Shown: positions 30,541-41,926, counted from the first letter of the whole stretch. The stretch is DNA of 62,734 nucleotides, filler included, from 6 parts of 6 records of this genome joined end to end with filler, not necessarily neighbours in it, one strand, 5' to 3'. Numbers and translations: made by a program. Notes: a model not told the origin generated them from the sequence alone.

Positions 30541-31452
30541 ATGGATTTGCGTGCAATAGCGATGGGGCTGACGTTTGCCCTGATGTGGTCTTCTGCCTTT
30601 ACCTCGGCGCGGATCATCGTTGTGGATGCGTCCCCGTTGTTTTCGCTGGCGATGCGGTTTCTGATCTCCGGCGTGATTGGTGTCCTGATCGCGCGTGCCC
30701 TTGGGCAGACATGGCGACTGACGTCTGGGCAGTGGAAGGCGACGATCGTGTTTGGCGTCTGTCAGAATGCGCTCTATCTCGGCCTCAACTTCGTTGCGAT
30801 GCAATGGATCGAGGCGTCTTTGGCCGCCATTATTGCGTCGACCATGCCGCTGCTGGTGGCGCTTGCCTCGCTGATCGTGTTCCGTGAGAAAATTCGCCCG
30901 CTCGGGTTGCTGGGACTTGTGGCCGGTGTGGCCGGGGTCGGCCTGATCATGGGAACGCGGATTGGTGCCGGTGTCGACCTTGTTGGTGTGGCCTTCTGTG
31001 GGCTTGGGGTCTTGGCCCTGACTGCAGCCACACTTGCGCTGCGCGGGGCGACGTCAGGTGGCAACTTCATGATGGTGGTGGGGTTGCAGATGCTGATCGG
31101 CTCCGCAGTGCTGTTTCCGGCGGCCCTGACGTTTGAGACCATTCGCGTCGACCCGAGCTGGCCGCTCGCGATCGCGTTCATCTATACGACATTGGTGCCC
31201 GGGCTGGCGGCGACGCTGATCTGGGTGATGCTGCTCAACCGGATCGGAGCGGTGAAAGCGGCGACCTTCCACTTCCTCAACCCGGTGTTCGGTGTCGCGA
31301 TTGCCAGCATTCTGCTGGGAGAGCGCTTGGGAGTGTCGGACGTCGTTGGCGTGGGGATCGTGACGCTTGGTATTCTTGCGGTGCAGCTGTCGCGGCAGCC
31401 CGCGACCAGAACCGCACCGATGGCGCCCGGCCTCTCCGCGCGGGCGGATTAA
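30541..31452 (+). CDS. DMT/EamA family transporter
   Basis: About 10 TM helices; WSSAF, FLNPVFG, LLGE. Confidence 0.9.
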   Translation: MDLRAIAMGLTFALMWSSAFTSARIIVVDASPLFSLAMRFLISGVIGVLIARALGQTWRLTSGQWKATIVFGVCQNALYLGLNFVAMQWIEASLAAIIASTMPLLVALASLIVFREKIRPLGLLGLVAGVAGVGLIMGTRIGAGVDLVGVAFCGLGVLALTAATLALRGATSGGNFMMVVGLQMLIGSAVLFPAALTFETIRVDPSWPLAIAFIYTTLVPGLAATLIWVMLLNRIGAVKAATFHFLNPVFGVAIASILLGERLGVSDVVGVGIVTLGILAVQLSRQPATRTAPMAPGLSARAD

Positions 31453-31456
31453 ATAC

Positions 31457-31990
31457 TCAGCTGTTCAGCTGCCCTTCGACGGCCTGACGGATCGCACCGG
31501 ACATTGGCCGCGTGAGGGAGCCCCAAGTCTTCACGACATTTCCGTCTGGTGACAGCAGAATCTTGTTGAAGTTCCAGCGCGGCACAAACCCGGTCTGCTG
31601 TGCCACCTCGCGAAAGAACGGATGAGCGTCCTGACCGGTCACTTGCGTGATATCCGCCATCGGCAATGTGAGATCGAAACGGGTTTCGCAGAACTCTTTC
31701 ACGTCTTCAGCGTTGGAAAGCTCCTGATTGAAGTCATTCGACGGGACAGCCAGCACAATCAGACCCCGTTCACGATAGGTATCGTAGAGGGTCTGCAACC
31801 CATCATACTGTCCGGTAAACCCGCACATCGACGCCGTGTTGACCACAAGCACCGGCTGCCCGCGAAAGCTCTCCAGATCGAGGGTCTCGCCATCTATGGA
31901 TTGAAACGTGCCTTGCAGCGGCGCGCTGTTTACCGTCGACATTCCGAAAGTCCCAAACAACATCAACATCCCTGCCAGAAACACGCGCAT
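31457..31990 (-). CDS. Glutathione peroxidase family protein (Cys type, with signal peptide)
   Basis: [26 protein letters not shown]. Confidence 0.92.
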   Translation of the reverse strand: MRVFLAGMLMLFGTFGMSTVNSAPLQGTFQSIDGETLDLESFRGQPVLVVNTASMCGFTGQYDGLQTLYDTYRERGLIVLAVPSNDFNQELSNAEDVKEFCETRFDLTLPMADITQVTGQDAHPFFREVAQQTGFVPRWNFNKILLSPDGNVVKTWGSLTRPMSGAIRQAVEGQLNS

Positions 31991-32146
31991 CAGAACTCTC
32001 CTTTTGAAATTATACGGACCGGCCCGCAGGGTGGATCACTTTTGCTCACGGGAGGGGGGGCTGCCAGTCACCCTCTTGCGCATTGGGGTTTGAAAGCGCA
32101 GTCTCCGACCCCAAATATTGCCCTATCAATCATGTGGGAGGGGCCC

Positions 32147-32596
32147 ATGACCAAATACTTCAAGAACCCAGATGCCGTCGCAGCGCTGTCGGAAGAGGAA
32201 TTCCACGTCACGCAAAATGCGGGAACCGAACGGCCGGGCACGGGCAAGCTGCTGTCCAACAAGGAGCCCGGCATCTATGTGGACATCGTCTCCGGCGAGC
32301 CGCTGTTTGCTTCTGCCGACAAATATGAGTCGGGGTGTGGCTGGCCGAGTTTTACCAAGCCGATCGAGTCCGCCCATGTGCAGGAAATCGAGGATCGGAC
32401 CCTCGGCATGATCCGCACCGAAGTGCGTTCCACCCATGGCGACAGTCATCTCGGGCATGTTTTTCCTGATGGACCGGCGGATCGGGGCGGCCTGCGCTAC
32501 TGCATCAACTCGGCGTCCTTGCGCTTTATCCACCTCGACGACATGGAGGCGGAAGGCTATGGCGCCTACATCAATCAAGTGGAGGACCACCGATGA
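32147..32596 (+). CDS. msrB: Peptide methionine sulfoxide reductase MsrB
   Basis: [30 protein letters not shown]; start after SD GGAGGGG. Confidence 0.96.
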   Translation: MTKYFKNPDAVAALSEEEFHVTQNAGTERPGTGKLLSNKEPGIYVDIVSGEPLFASADKYESGCGWPSFTKPIESAHVQEIEDRTLGMIRTEVRSTHGDSHLGHVFPDGPADRGGLRYCINSASLRFIHLDDMEAEGYGAYINQVEDHR

Positions 32597-33108
32597 GCAA
32601 TACCGAACGTGCCGTTCTGGCTGGCGGTTGTTTCTGGGGCATGCAGGAGCTGATCCGGAAGCGCACAGGCGTGCTGAGCACCCGTGTCGGCTATACCGGC
32701 GGCGATGTCCCCAACGCGACCTATCAAAACCATGGCACCCATGCTGAGGGGATCGAGATCATCTTTGATCCCGAGCAGACCTCCTACCGTGAAATGCTGG
32801 AGTTCTTCTTCCAGATCCACGATCCCACCACAGAGAATCGCCAGGGAAATGACGTCGGCATGAGCTATCGCTCCGCCATCTACTATGTGGATGAGGCGCA
32901 GAAAGCGGTGGCGCTGGACACGATCGCCGATGTGGATGCCTCCGGCATCTGGCCCGGCAAAGTGGTGACAGAAGTGGAGCCCGTAGGCGATTTCTGGGAG
33001 GCCGAGTCCGAACATCAGGACTATTTGCAGCGCCTGCCAAGCGGCTACACTTGCCACTTCGCTCGTCCCGACTGGGTCTTGCCCAAGCGAAATCAAGCAG
33101 CGGAATAA
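32593..33108 (+). CDS. msrA: Peptide methionine sulfoxide reductase MsrA
   Basis: AGGCFWG, GYTGG, HDPT, RQGND, YRS, EHQDYL; ATGA overlap with msrB. Confidence 0.97.
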   Translation: MSNTERAVLAGGCFWGMQELIRKRTGVLSTRVGYTGGDVPNATYQNHGTHAEGIEIIFDPEQTSYREMLEFFFQIHDPTTENRQGNDVGMSYRSAIYYVDEAQKAVALDTIADVDASGIWPGKVVTEVEPVGDFWEAESEHQDYLQRLPSGYTCHFARPDWVLPKRNQAAE

Positions 33109-33142
33109 ACCTGATTAGAGCCTGATATCAGGCCCTGAACCC

Positions 33143-33175
33143 AAAAAGCGGCCGTCCGGTACAGGGCGGCCGTTT
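33143..33175. terminator. Bidirectional terminator
   Basis: AAAAA-GCGGCCGTCC-loop-GGGCGGCCGT-TT between convergent genes. Confidence 0.65.
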
Positions 33176-33188
33176 GCCATTTCAGATG

Positions 33189-35195
33189 CTACTGATGCGC
33201 AACGCGAGGGCGGCCGCTGGCCTGCACCGTCAGCAGCGCTTCGACGAAGATCGACCGCGCTTCGACCTCTGCAGTCCGGATGTCCCGGCTGACATGTACG
33301 TGAATATCGCCGGCCCCTGCTGCTTCGGCGGCGGCGACGGCGTCCGCGCGCAGGTATTTTTCCAGCGCCTCCAGGGCCTCCGCACTGGCCGTGAAATCTC
33401 GCGGACCGGTGTCGAAATGCACCCGGAACTTGCCCTCGGACGGGGAGGTGACGGTTCCGCTCCGGCGTTGGGATATCCGCCCGACGACGGCACCGATGGC
33501 ATTGGCCACCCCGGCGTGTTCCGGCAGGATCATTCTGCAGCGCAGCCGATCACCCACCGCCGGGTAATAGCTTGGGGCAGAAGCGCCAAGACCAATCACG
33601 TCCACGTTCACGCGCGCATCGAGTGCCAGAACGCCCCGATGTCCCGCCAGACCACGCTGCAGCAGGATATGACGGGCGAGATCCTTTGGGTTGCCCCCAA
33701 ACGAGGTCTGCTCTTCGCAAAAAACTGATTCCAGCAACGTCAGCGCCGTCTGCTCCGTCAGTTGGTCGACGATCATCTGCGCCAGCGCTTTCGCGTCTTC
33801 GGCCACTGTGTCGCCGCTTCCGATCCGGCGGCGGGCAAATATCGTCAGGGCCTTTTCTGCCGCGTCTCGATCCCATGCGGAAACCCGGTTCAGGACGTGG
33901 CTGGCATCGGAGGGCGTGATACCCGCAATCTGCACCAGACCACGGTCAACCAAGCGGCTCAGCGCCCCGTGCTCCATCCGGGTGCGCAGCACGTCACCCA
34001 GTGCACGGACGCCGGTGCCGACCCGTGCCAGAACAGTGGCCTCTCGTTCCGACAGACCAACTGCGCGCTGCCATTCGACGGCGCGGACAAATCGACCGTC
34101 GTACTCCCCCACCACAGGCGCGCGCAGCTGCGCCTCAAGCGCGGCATGCACGACATCAGGTGCCTCGGCGGCAACGAGGGAGACCGGCAGTACCCGGCGC
34201 GGACCAAGCGTCACACCACCATCCAGACCATCGGTGTTGAGATGCACTTGACTGTCACCACCAAGGCCAGTGGTGCGCATGGCCACTGCCTCCACCATGG
34301 TGTGAAAGCCCCCCACCAGCGCGCCTTCGGGGTCGATCTTGGGCAAGCCACGTTCGATCAGCGCCACATCGGTGGTGGTGCCACCAATGTCGCTCACCAG
34401 CGCATCTTCGGCGCCAGTCATCCAGCGCGCACCGATGATCGAGGCGGCAGGCCCGCTGAGGATCGTCTCGATCGGCCGGCTGCGCGCCTGCTGCGCCGAC
34501 ATCAAGGCCCCGTCCCCGCGCACCACCATCATCGGGGCTTCGATCCCGATATGCGCCAGCGTGTCCGCCGCGCGATTGATAAGCTGGTCGATCATGCCGA
34601 TGAGGCGCGCGTTCAGCACTGCCGTCAGCGCCCGCTTGGGTCCGTTGAGCTTGGCCGAGAGCTGATGCGAGCAGGTCACCGGCGCGCCGGTGCGCTCCTG
34701 GATGATCTTCGCCACTTTCAGTTCGTGCGCGGGGTTGCGAGTGGCAAAGACCCCGGCGACGGCAAAGCCGCTCACACCGGCAGATTCAGTCTCTAAAAAG
34801 GCAATCAGGGCCTCTGTGTCGAGTGGTTTCGCCTCACTGCCCGCATGGGTATGGCCGCCGGAGAGGATCAGCGCCGGGTCGCCTTTCAGCGCTTCATTGA
34901 GGCCATGGCGGTCCAGATCCTGTTCGGAAAAGCCGATGTAGATGAGCGCCACACGCCCGCCCTGTCCCTCAACCAGCGCATTGGTGGCCAGGGTCGTGGA
35001 CAGGGCCGCCAAGGACACCTCAGAGGGTGAAGCGCCGGATTGTTCGAGCACCGCCCGCACGGCTCCACCAACCCCGATCGCCAGATCCTGTCGGGTGGTG
35101 AGCGCTTTGGCCGAAGCGATCACCTCCTCTTCGTCGCGGATCAGGACCGCATCCGTGTAGGTGCCCCCGGTGTCCACCCCAAGCAACAGCGCCAT
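33189..35195 (-). CDS. Hydantoinase/oxoprolinase family protein
   Basis: GVDTGGTYTDA, TTLATNALVEG, ETILSGPAAS, DIGGTTTD, ANAIGA. Confidence 0.92.
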   Translation of the reverse strand: MALLLGVDTGGTYTDAVLIRDEEEVIASAKALTTRQDLAIGVGGAVRAVLEQSGASPSEVSLAALSTTLATNALVEGQGGRVALIYIGFSEQDLDRHGLNEALKGDPALILSGGHTHAGSEAKPLDTEALIAFLETESAGVSGFAVAGVFATRNPAHELKVAKIIQERTGAPVTCSHQLSAKLNGPKRALTAVLNARLIGMIDQLINRAADTLAHIGIEAPMMVVRGDGALMSAQQARSRPIETILSGPAASIIGARWMTGAEDALVSDIGGTTTDVALIERGLPKIDPEGALVGGFHTMVEAVAMRTTGLGGDSQVHLNTDGLDGGVTLGPRRVLPVSLVAAEAPDVVHAALEAQLRAPVVGEYDGRFVRAVEWQRAVGLSEREATVLARVGTGVRALGDVLRTRMEHGALSRLVDRGLVQIAGITPSDASHVLNRVSAWDRDAAEKALTIFARRRIGSGDTVAEDAKALAQMIVDQLTEQTALTLLESVFCEEQTSFGGNPKDLARHILLQRGLAGHRGVLALDARVNVDVIGLGASAPSYYPAVGDRLRCRMILPEHAGVANAIGAVVGRISQRRSGTVTSPSEGKFRVHFDTGPRDFTASAEALEALEKYLRADAVAAAEAAGAGDIHVHVSRDIRTAEVEARSIFVEALLTVQASGRPRVAHQ

Positions 35196-35265
35196 CTTAT
35201 CCTCGAATTCTGTTCACGCCTGCATGGGTGTCACGACCATTCGCGTCACGTCCACTCTGTTTGCG

Positions 35266-36312
35266 TCATTCCTGCAGTCGCATCACGGCCCAACGCGCAG
35301 CATCGGCCACGGTGGGGTCGGGATCTCCACACAGCCGTTGGGCATCGGACAACAGGCCGGGGTCGCCGGAATTTCCGATCGCATAAAGCACATTGCGCAC
35401 AAACTGATCCCGCCCGATCCGTTTGATCGGCGAGCCAGAAAAACGCGCGCGAAAATCTGCATCATCCAGTTGCGCCAGCTCGGCCAGCGGCGGCGCAACC
35501 GTACCCTCCCGCGCAGCATAGCGGATGTCGGAGGCTTCAACCGCAAATTTGTTCCAGGGACAGGCCGCCAGACAATCGTCACAGCCGTAGATCCGATTGC
35601 CGAGTTTGCCGCGCAACTCCTCGTCGACGGGTCCCTTGTGTTCGATCGTAAGATAGGAAATGCAACGCCGCGCGTCGAGCTCGTAGGGCGCTGGGAAGGC
35701 GTCCGTCGGACAGGCCGTCAGGCAGGCCCTGCAGGAGCCGCAGTGATCCGGCTCAGCCGGGTCGATGGGCAGGTCCAATGTGGTAAAAACAGAGCCTAAA
35801 AAGGCCCAGTTCCCCCAATCTCGGCTCAGAAGGTTGGTGTGCTTGCCCTGCCAGCCCAGGCCGGCAGCCTGTCCCAGCGCCTTTTCTGGCACTGGAGCTG
35901 TGTCGACAAACACCTTCACCTGCGTTTCATCACCCGCCTCGGCAATCAACCAGCGCGCCAGTCGCTTCAGTCGTTTCTTGACGAGATCATGGTAGTCCTT
36001 GCCTCGGGCATAGACGGAGATCGCAGCGCGGTCCGGCAAGCCCACAACCGACATCGGGTTTTCATCCGGCGTATAGCTTTCCGCCAGCATGATGACAGAA
36101 CGCGCCTCCGGCCAGAGTGCGGCCGGATTTTCGCGCCAGTTCACCCGGTCTGCCATCCAGCCCATCTGGCCATGGTATCCGGCATCGAGAAACGCGCGCA
36201 GCCGCTCTGGCACCTCCGGCACATCCCATGGCCGGCAGATGCGCGCAGAGACAAACCCCTCGGCGCGTGCCTGTTCCACAAGCCGTGACTTTATATCGCC
36301 GACGTCATTCAT
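35266..36312 (-). CDS. queG: tRNA epoxyqueuosine reductase
   Basis: [57 protein letters not shown]. Confidence 0.96.
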   Translation of the reverse strand: MNDVGDIKSRLVEQARAEGFVSARICRPWDVPEVPERLRAFLDAGYHGQMGWMADRVNWRENPAALWPEARSVIMLAESYTPDENPMSVVGLPDRAAISVYARGKDYHDLVKKRLKRLARWLIAEAGDETQVKVFVDTAPVPEKALGQAAGLGWQGKHTNLLSRDWGNWAFLGSVFTTLDLPIDPAEPDHCGSCRACLTACPTDAFPAPYELDARRCISYLTIEHKGPVDEELRGKLGNRIYGCDDCLAACPWNKFAVEASDIRYAAREGTVAPPLAELAQLDDADFRARFSGSPIKRIGRDQFVRNVLYAIGNSGDPGLLSDAQRLCGDPDPTVADAARWAVMRLQE

Positions 36313-36372
36313 CTTTTCAGAAATACCCTCGGGGGTGAACGGGCCGCAAGGCCCGGAGGGGGCAGCGCCCCC
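36308..36372. repeat. Short GC-rich REP-like palindromic intergenic element
   Basis: AAATACCCTCGGGGG, GGGCC-GCAA-GGCCC and GGGGGC-A-GCGCCCCC nested hairpins; only one copy in this window. Confidence 0.4.
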
Positions 36373-36381
36373 AGAGCGGTC

Positions 36382-37047
36382 TCAGAAATCAAGATCCGCG
36401 TAATGCGACGGCGGACGGAAGCCAGACACCTGATCGGCCAGGATAGAGCGGAAGGCGGGGCGGGATTTGATCTTGGCGTACCAATCCTTGACCACGGCAG
36501 AGCGGTTCCAGTCCACATCCGAGATGTAATCGAGCGACGACAAATGCGCCGCGGCCGCGAAATCTGCCAGCGTCATGTTGTCCCCCGCCAGCCAACGCCG
36601 ATGGTCCAGAAGCCAGGACATATAGTCGATGTGATACTTGATCGCTTTGGCGCCCGATTTCACGTTGGAGCTGTCGGGATAGCCTTCGCCGGTCATCTTC
36701 TTGTTCACCCGCTCATAGAGCAGTTTCGAGGTCACTTCGCTGTGGAACTTGTCGTCGAACCAGCTGACCAGACGGCGCACTTCCAGCCGCTCGGGCGCGG
36801 TCTTTGGCATCAGTGACGGGTCGGGGCGGGTTTCTTCGATGTATTCGCAGATGGCGGCGCTTTCGGCCATCAACATGCCGTCGAGACGCAACACCGGGAC
36901 CTTGGCCGCAGGGTTGCGACGCAGGAAGTCCGCGTCCTTCTCCCAGTAGCGTTCCTCGACAAGCTCCACCTCTATCTTCTTTTCTGCCAGCGACAGGCGG
37001 ACCTTGCGGCAGAAGGGGGACAGGGGGACGTGATAGAGACGTGCCAT
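36382..37047 (-). CDS. fzlA: GST-like FtsZ-binding protein FzlA
   Basis: LSPFCRKVRL, NPAAKVPVL, ESAAICEY, C-terminal YADLDF; adjacent to queG. Confidence 0.85.
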   Translation of the reverse strand: MARLYHVPLSPFCRKVRLSLAEKKIEVELVEERYWEKDADFLRRNPAAKVPVLRLDGMLMAESAAICEYIEETRPDPSLMPKTAPERLEVRRLVSWFDDKFHSEVTSKLLYERVNKKMTGEGYPDSSNVKSGAKAIKYHIDYMSWLLDHRRWLAGDNMTLADFAAAAHLSSLDYISDVDWNRSAVVKDWYAKIKSRPAFRSILADQVSGFRPPSHYADLDF

Positions 37048-37116
37048 GGGCGTCAAGTGCTCTCCGGTTGTGATGAGGTCGGGTTTCTCCAGCAATGCCT
37101 TGCCAGAGCGGAAACT

Positions 37117-37857
37117 TCAATGCTCGAAACAGGCCGAGCGCCCGTCACGCTCGATGGTGGCGGCGCCATCCATGATTTGGCGCGCTCTTTTGCGCATGAA
37201 ATTGCCGGGTTGAGCGGCTGATCGCTCTTTCGGGTTAGGCAGAAGCGCTGCGATCAGTGCCGCCTGCTGTGGGCCGAGTGCATCTGCACCGATACCGAAA
37301 TAGTGCTGCGCGGCGGCATCGGCGCCAAACACACCATTGCCCATCTCGGCCACATTCAAATAGACCTCGACGATGCGGCGCTTGCTCCAGGTGGCTTCGA
37401 CCACGGGGGTCATAAAGGTCTCCAGCGCTTTACGCACCCAGCTGCGTCCCTGCCAGAGAAAGACGTTCTTCACGACCTGCTGCGTGATCGTCGACGCCCC
37501 GCGATTGGCGCCGGCTTCCAGCGCGTTGCGGATGGCATTGACGTCAAATCCCCAGTGTTCACAGAATCGCGCATCCTCTGCCGCCACAACGGAGCGGGCG
37601 AGGGCAGGGGCGATGTCCTCGATAGGGACCCATTCACGTTCCACATGGCCGAGGCGACGTTTCTCGGTCCATATCGTGTGGGTGAGTGGCGGGTTCACCA
37701 CGGAGTAAAGCAGAATCATTGCCAGCAGGAAGGCTAGGCCGCCAAGTGCAACCCGCAGCGCCCAACGGCGCAGGCGGAGATACAGCGCGCGCGGGCTGAA
37801 CCGTGCGGGCTTCGATTTCGATTTGCGGGATGTCTTCTTGCGTGCTGCCTTTGCCAT
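37117..37857 (-). CDS. mtgA: Monofunctional peptidoglycan transglycosylase
   Basis: GT51 motifs EDARFCEHWG, GASTITQQVVKN, RKALE, EVYLN; N-terminal TM helix. Confidence 0.95.
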   Translation of the reverse strand: MAKAARKKTSRKSKSKPARFSPRALYLRLRRWALRVALGGLAFLLAMILLYSVVNPPLTHTIWTEKRRLGHVEREWVPIEDIAPALARSVVAAEDARFCEHWGFDVNAIRNALEAGANRGASTITQQVVKNVFLWQGRSWVRKALETFMTPVVEATWSKRRIVEVYLNVAEMGNGVFGADAAAQHYFGIGADALGPQQAALIAALLPNPKERSAAQPGNFMRKRARQIMDGAATIERDGRSACFEH

Positions 37858-38014
37858 GGGCTCTCTATAAGACAGAGAACCGCTGCTCTCCAACAGGGAA
37901 ACGTTCAGCTTGGCAGGTTGCAGTGTTCGGGGCAAAAAAGCGCCCCACAGGTCGAAACACTGCGGGGCTCAGTTTCAGGAATAAGATAGGATCTTATTCT
38001 CGGGGATCGTTGAG

Positions 38015-39494
38015 TTATTCGGCGGGGATCGCCGAAGATTCCGTTGCGATGGGGTGCGGCAGCTTGTTCAGCATCTCCTTTGGGCAGACCTGCAGGAAAT
38101 GCTGCTTTTCGCTATCCCAGTGCTGCAGGATCTCGGCGGCCTTGCGGCTGCCTGTTTCCGCCAGATGACGTTCGACAAGCGCTTTCAGCTCTGCTTCCCA
38201 ATGGTCCACAGTCAACGGACAGGTGACGAGGCTTTCCATGTTCATCAGATGCTCGGCGGTGCCTTCTGGATCATAAAGATAGGCCATACCGCCGGTCATG
38301 CCGGCCCCGAAATTCGCGCCAATGGTGCCGAGGATGACAGCAACACCGCCGGTCATGTACTCGCAACCATTGGTGCCGCAGCCTTCGATCACCACCTTGG
38401 CGCCGGAGTTGCGCACCGCGAAACGCTCACCCGCACGGCCCGCGGCGAACAGATAGCCTGCAGTTGCACCATAGAGCACGGTATTGCCGACAATGGTGTT
38501 TTCGGACGCGGTCAGTGGCGACGCCATCGAGGGGCGCACAACCACGGTGCCGCCCGAAAGCCCCTTGCCAACATAGTCGTTGGCGTCGCCGGAGACTTCC
38601 AGTTTCAACCCTGGCGCGGCGAATGCCCCGAGCGATTGACCTGCAGAGCCCTGCAGTTTCACCGTCAGGTGATCGGGCTGCAGCGTGTTGCGCATGCCGA
38701 AGTTCTGCACGATGTGGCTGGAGGTGCGGGTGCCCACGGTGCGATGCGTGTTCTGCACCGCATAGGACAGCTGCATCTTCTCGCCGTCCTTGAGGAACCG
38801 CGCGGCGTCGCGCACGATTTCTGCATCCAGCGTATCCGGCACCGCGTTGCGGTCCTTGTCGCGGTTGTAGACGATGCTGGCAGACCCATCGACGGTGATC
38901 AGCAGCGGGTTCAGGTCAAGGTCATCGAGGTGGGCCGAGCCACGCGACACCTGTGCCAGCAGATCCGCCCGCCCGATCACCTCATCAAGGCTGCGCGCCC
39001 CAATGGAGGCGAGGATCTCGCGGACTTCCTGTGCATAGAAGGTGATGAGGTTCACCACCTTGTCGGCATTGCCGGTGAACTTGCCGCGCAGTGCCTCGTC
39101 CTGGGTGCAGACGCCCACCGGGCAGGTGTTGGACTGGCACTGACGTACCATGATGCAGCCCATCGCGATCAGCGCGGCGGTGCCGATGCCGTATTCCTCG
39201 GCGCCCATCATCGCGGCCATGACGATGTCACGCCCGGTGCGCAGGCCACCATCGGTCCGCAGGGTGACGCGGCCGCGCAGGTTGTTCATTGCCAGAACCT
39301 GATGCGCTTCGGTCAGACCCATCTCCCACGGCAGGCCGCAGTATTTGATCGAGGTCGCAGGCGAGGCCCCGGTGCCGCCGTTGTGGCCCGAAATCAGGAT
39401 GATGTCGGCCTTGGCCTTGGCCACACCGGCGGCAATGGTGCCAACACCGGAGGAGGCCACCAGCTTCACCGTCACCTTGCAGCGCGGGTTGATC
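38015..39494 (-). CDS. gltB: Glutamate synthase large subunit (3' part)
   Basis: VKLVA, GGTGASP, CIMVRQCQSNTCPVG, ANDYVGKG, GERFAVRNSG, EYMTGG; 5' part cut by the contig end. Confidence 0.97.
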
Positions 39495-39594
39495 NNNNNN
39501 NNNNNNNNNNNNNNNNNNNNNNNNNNNNNNNNNNNNNNTTAATTAATTAANNNNNNNNNNNNNNNNNNNNNNNNNNNNNNNNNNNNNNNNNNNN
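39495..39594. other. Artificial contig-joining spacer
   Basis: N44-TTAATTAATTAA-N44. Confidence 0.97.
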
Positions 39595-39595
39595 G

Positions 39596-39976
39596 ATGAC
39601 CACGATCCACGCCAACTCTGCCCGAGACGGGATTTCGCGCCTCGAAAACATGATCGCGATGGCAGGCATCGAGATGCCGATCAAGGCCGTGCGCAGTCAG
39701 ATCGCCTCGGCTGTGAACCTGATCGTACAGGCCTCGCGCCTGCAGGACGGCTCACGCCGGATGACCTCGATCACCGAAATCACCGGCATGGAGGGCGATG
39801 TGATTTCCATGCAGGAGATCTTTCGCTTCCAGCGCGTCGGCCTGACGCCGGACAATAAGATCCTTGGGCATTTCACTGCAACCGGCGTGCGCAGCCACTA
39901 CTCGGAACGGTTCCGTCTGTGGGGCTATGACCTGCCTGCGTCAATCTACGAACCCACTGTCATGGAGGCCCGCTGA
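39596..39976 (+). CDS. cpaF: Tad pilus assembly ATPase CpaF/TadA (3' fragment)
   Basis: MTTIHANS, RLQDGSRR, GMEGD; immediately upstream of tadB. Confidence 0.92.
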   Translation: MTTIHANSARDGISRLENMIAMAGIEMPIKAVRSQIASAVNLIVQASRLQDGSRRMTSITEITGMEGDVISMQEIFRFQRVGLTPDNKILGHFTATGVRSHYSERFRLWGYDLPASIYEPTVMEAR

Positions 39977-40944
39977 TGCAAATCGGAATTGAACCGCTCA
40001 TCTACGGGCTGATCTTTGTCGGGGTTCTGGTGCTGGTCGAAGGCATCTATCTGGTCACCTTTGGCAAATCGATCAGCCTCAACAGTCGCGTCAATCGACG
40101 CCTCGAGATGATGGAGAAGGGCGCCAACCGTGAGCAGGTGCTGGATCAACTTCGCAAGGAGATGCAGCAGCACCTGAAGTCCCAATCAATCCCGCTGTAC
40201 TCGCTGCTGGCTGAACGGGCACAGAAAGCCGCCATCGCGTTTACCCCGGTGCAACTGATCCTGGTGATGTGTGGGCTGGCGGCGCTGGCCTATGTTGGTC
40301 TGAGCGTCGGGACCCAAGCCGAGCCTCCAGTGCGCGCCCTGGCGTCTGTTATCATCGGCGTGGGCGCGGTGTTTTTCTGGGTCAACTCCAAGGCCAAAAA
40401 ACGGATGGCCATGCTCGAAGAGCAATTGCCCGACGGGGTGGAGCTGATGGTTCGATCGCTCCGCGTCGGGCATCCGTTTTCGTCAGCCGTGCAGATTGTC
40501 GCCAAGGAAGTCGAAGACCCGCTGGCGACGGAGTTTGGCATCATCGCGGACGAATGCGCCTATGGGCGTGATGTTGGTGAAGCACTAAAGGAGATGGCCG
40601 AACGTCTGGACATGCAGGATCTGCGCTTCCTCGCGGTGGCGGTGACCATCCAGCAGCAATCCGGGGGCAATCTCGCCGAAGTGCTGGCTGGACTGGCCAA
40701 GGTGATCCGTGCCCGGTTCCGCCTGTTTCGCCGCGTGAAGGCGATCACCGCCGAGGCGCAATGGTCCGGCAAATTCCTATCGGGTTTTCCGCTGGTCTGC
40801 CTCGTCTCCACGCTGATATCGGACCCGGGCTATTACGACAGCGTCATCGACCACCCCTGGTTCATACCGGCCTGTTTCGTCGTGGGTGGCATGCTCACGG
40901 CCAATCTGTTCGTGATGCGCGTGCTGACCAATATCAAGGTCTGA
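39976..40944 (+). CDS. tadB: Tad pilus inner-membrane protein TadB
   Basis: QLPDGVELMVRSLRVGHP, QSGGNLAEVL, ITAE. Confidence 0.92.
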   Translation: MQIGIEPLIYGLIFVGVLVLVEGIYLVTFGKSISLNSRVNRRLEMMEKGANREQVLDQLRKEMQQHLKSQSIPLYSLLAERAQKAAIAFTPVQLILVMCGLAALAYVGLSVGTQAEPPVRALASVIIGVGAVFFWVNSKAKKRMAMLEEQLPDGVELMVRSLRVGHPFSSAVQIVAKEVEDPLATEFGIIADECAYGRDVGEALKEMAERLDMQDLRFLAVAVTIQQQSGGNLAEVLAGLAKVIRARFRLFRRVKAITAEAQWSGKFLSGFPLVCLVSTLISDPGYYDSVIDHPWFIPACFVVGGMLTANLFVMRVLTNIKV

Positions 40945-40954
40945 GGAGACTTCC

Positions 40955-41926
40955 ATGAACCCGCTGACATTCGCTCAAGACCTGTTGATCGCGCAGTTCG
41001 GGGAGTTCGGTCCGCTTCTGGCGGTCGGCTTCCTCGGCCTGGTGCTGGTCGCCGTGGCAGTTGGGTTGATCCTCAACCAACCCGAGGATCCGCTGAAGAA
41101 ATTGCAGCGCAATCTGACCGAACAGGAGAAGACAAAGCCGCAGAACCAACGCCTGCGGCAGGCAAATCGCAACGAACAACTGCAGAAATTTGCGAACTTT
41201 CTGGAACCCCAGGACGCCGAAGAACTTTCGGCCATGGAATTGAAGCTGCAACAGGCCGGTTACCAGTCGAAGGACGCGGTGCGCCTGTTCCACTTCGCAC
41301 AGTTTGCCTTGGGTCTCATTGGCCTCGGTCTGGGTCTGTTTTACGTCCATGTGATGAATGCCGACGTGGAATATAGCTCTCAGGATATGGCGCTGCGCAT
41401 CATCGGGATGGGAGGTGCCGCATATTTCCTGCCCCGCTACTGGATCACACGACGGATCGAAGAGCGCAAACAGGCCATAACCCGCGCTTTCCCGGACGCA
41501 TTGGACATGATGCTGGTCTGCGTGGAAGCCGGGCAATCACTGGATCAGGCGATCGTGCGGGTCGGACAGGAGCTGCGTTCGTCCTACCCGGAGCTTGCCG
41601 AAGAGTTCGACGTGGTCGCCTATGAGATGAAAGCCGGCAAGGAAAAGGACAGGGTCCTGCGCGACATGGGCACCCGCTGCGGCGTACAGGATGTGTCATC
41701 CTTCGTGACGGTCATGATCCAATCCGCGGCCTTTGGTACCTCGATCGCCGAGGCGCTGCGGGTCTATGCGGGCGAGATGCGTGACAAACGCGTGATGCGC
41801 GCGGAAGAGGCTGCAAACAAGTTGCCAACCAAAATGACCCTTGCCACAATGGGGCTCACCGTGCCGCCTTTGCTGATCATTCTGGTCGGTCCTTCGGCAC
41901 AGGGCATTGCAAACTTGGGAAAATAG
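40955..41926 (+). CDS. tadC: Tad pilus inner-membrane protein TadC
   Basis: FPDALDMMLVCVEAG, FGTSIAEAL, AEEAANKLPTKM. Confidence 0.92.
   Translation: MNPLTFAQDLLIAQFGEFGPLLAVGFLGLVLVAVAVGLILNQPEDPLKKLQRNLTEQEKTKPQNQRLRQANRNEQLQKFANFLEPQDAEELSAMELKLQQAGYQSKDAVRLFHFAQFALGLIGLGLGLFYVHVMNADVEYSSQDMALRIIGMGGAAYFLPRYWITRRIEERKQAITRAFPDALDMMLVCVEAGQSLDQAIVRVGQELRSSYPELAEEFDVVAYEMKAGKEKDRVLRDMGTRCGVQDVSSFVTVMIQSAAFGTSIAEALRVYAGEMRDKRVMRAEEAANKLPTKMTLATMGLTVPPLLIILVGPSAQGIANLGK

Noticed and set aside
31622-32146. 175-aa N-terminal extension or fusion on MsrB
   Set aside because: It overlaps gpx in antisense; a good SD plus ATG at 32147 gives a normal-length MsrB.
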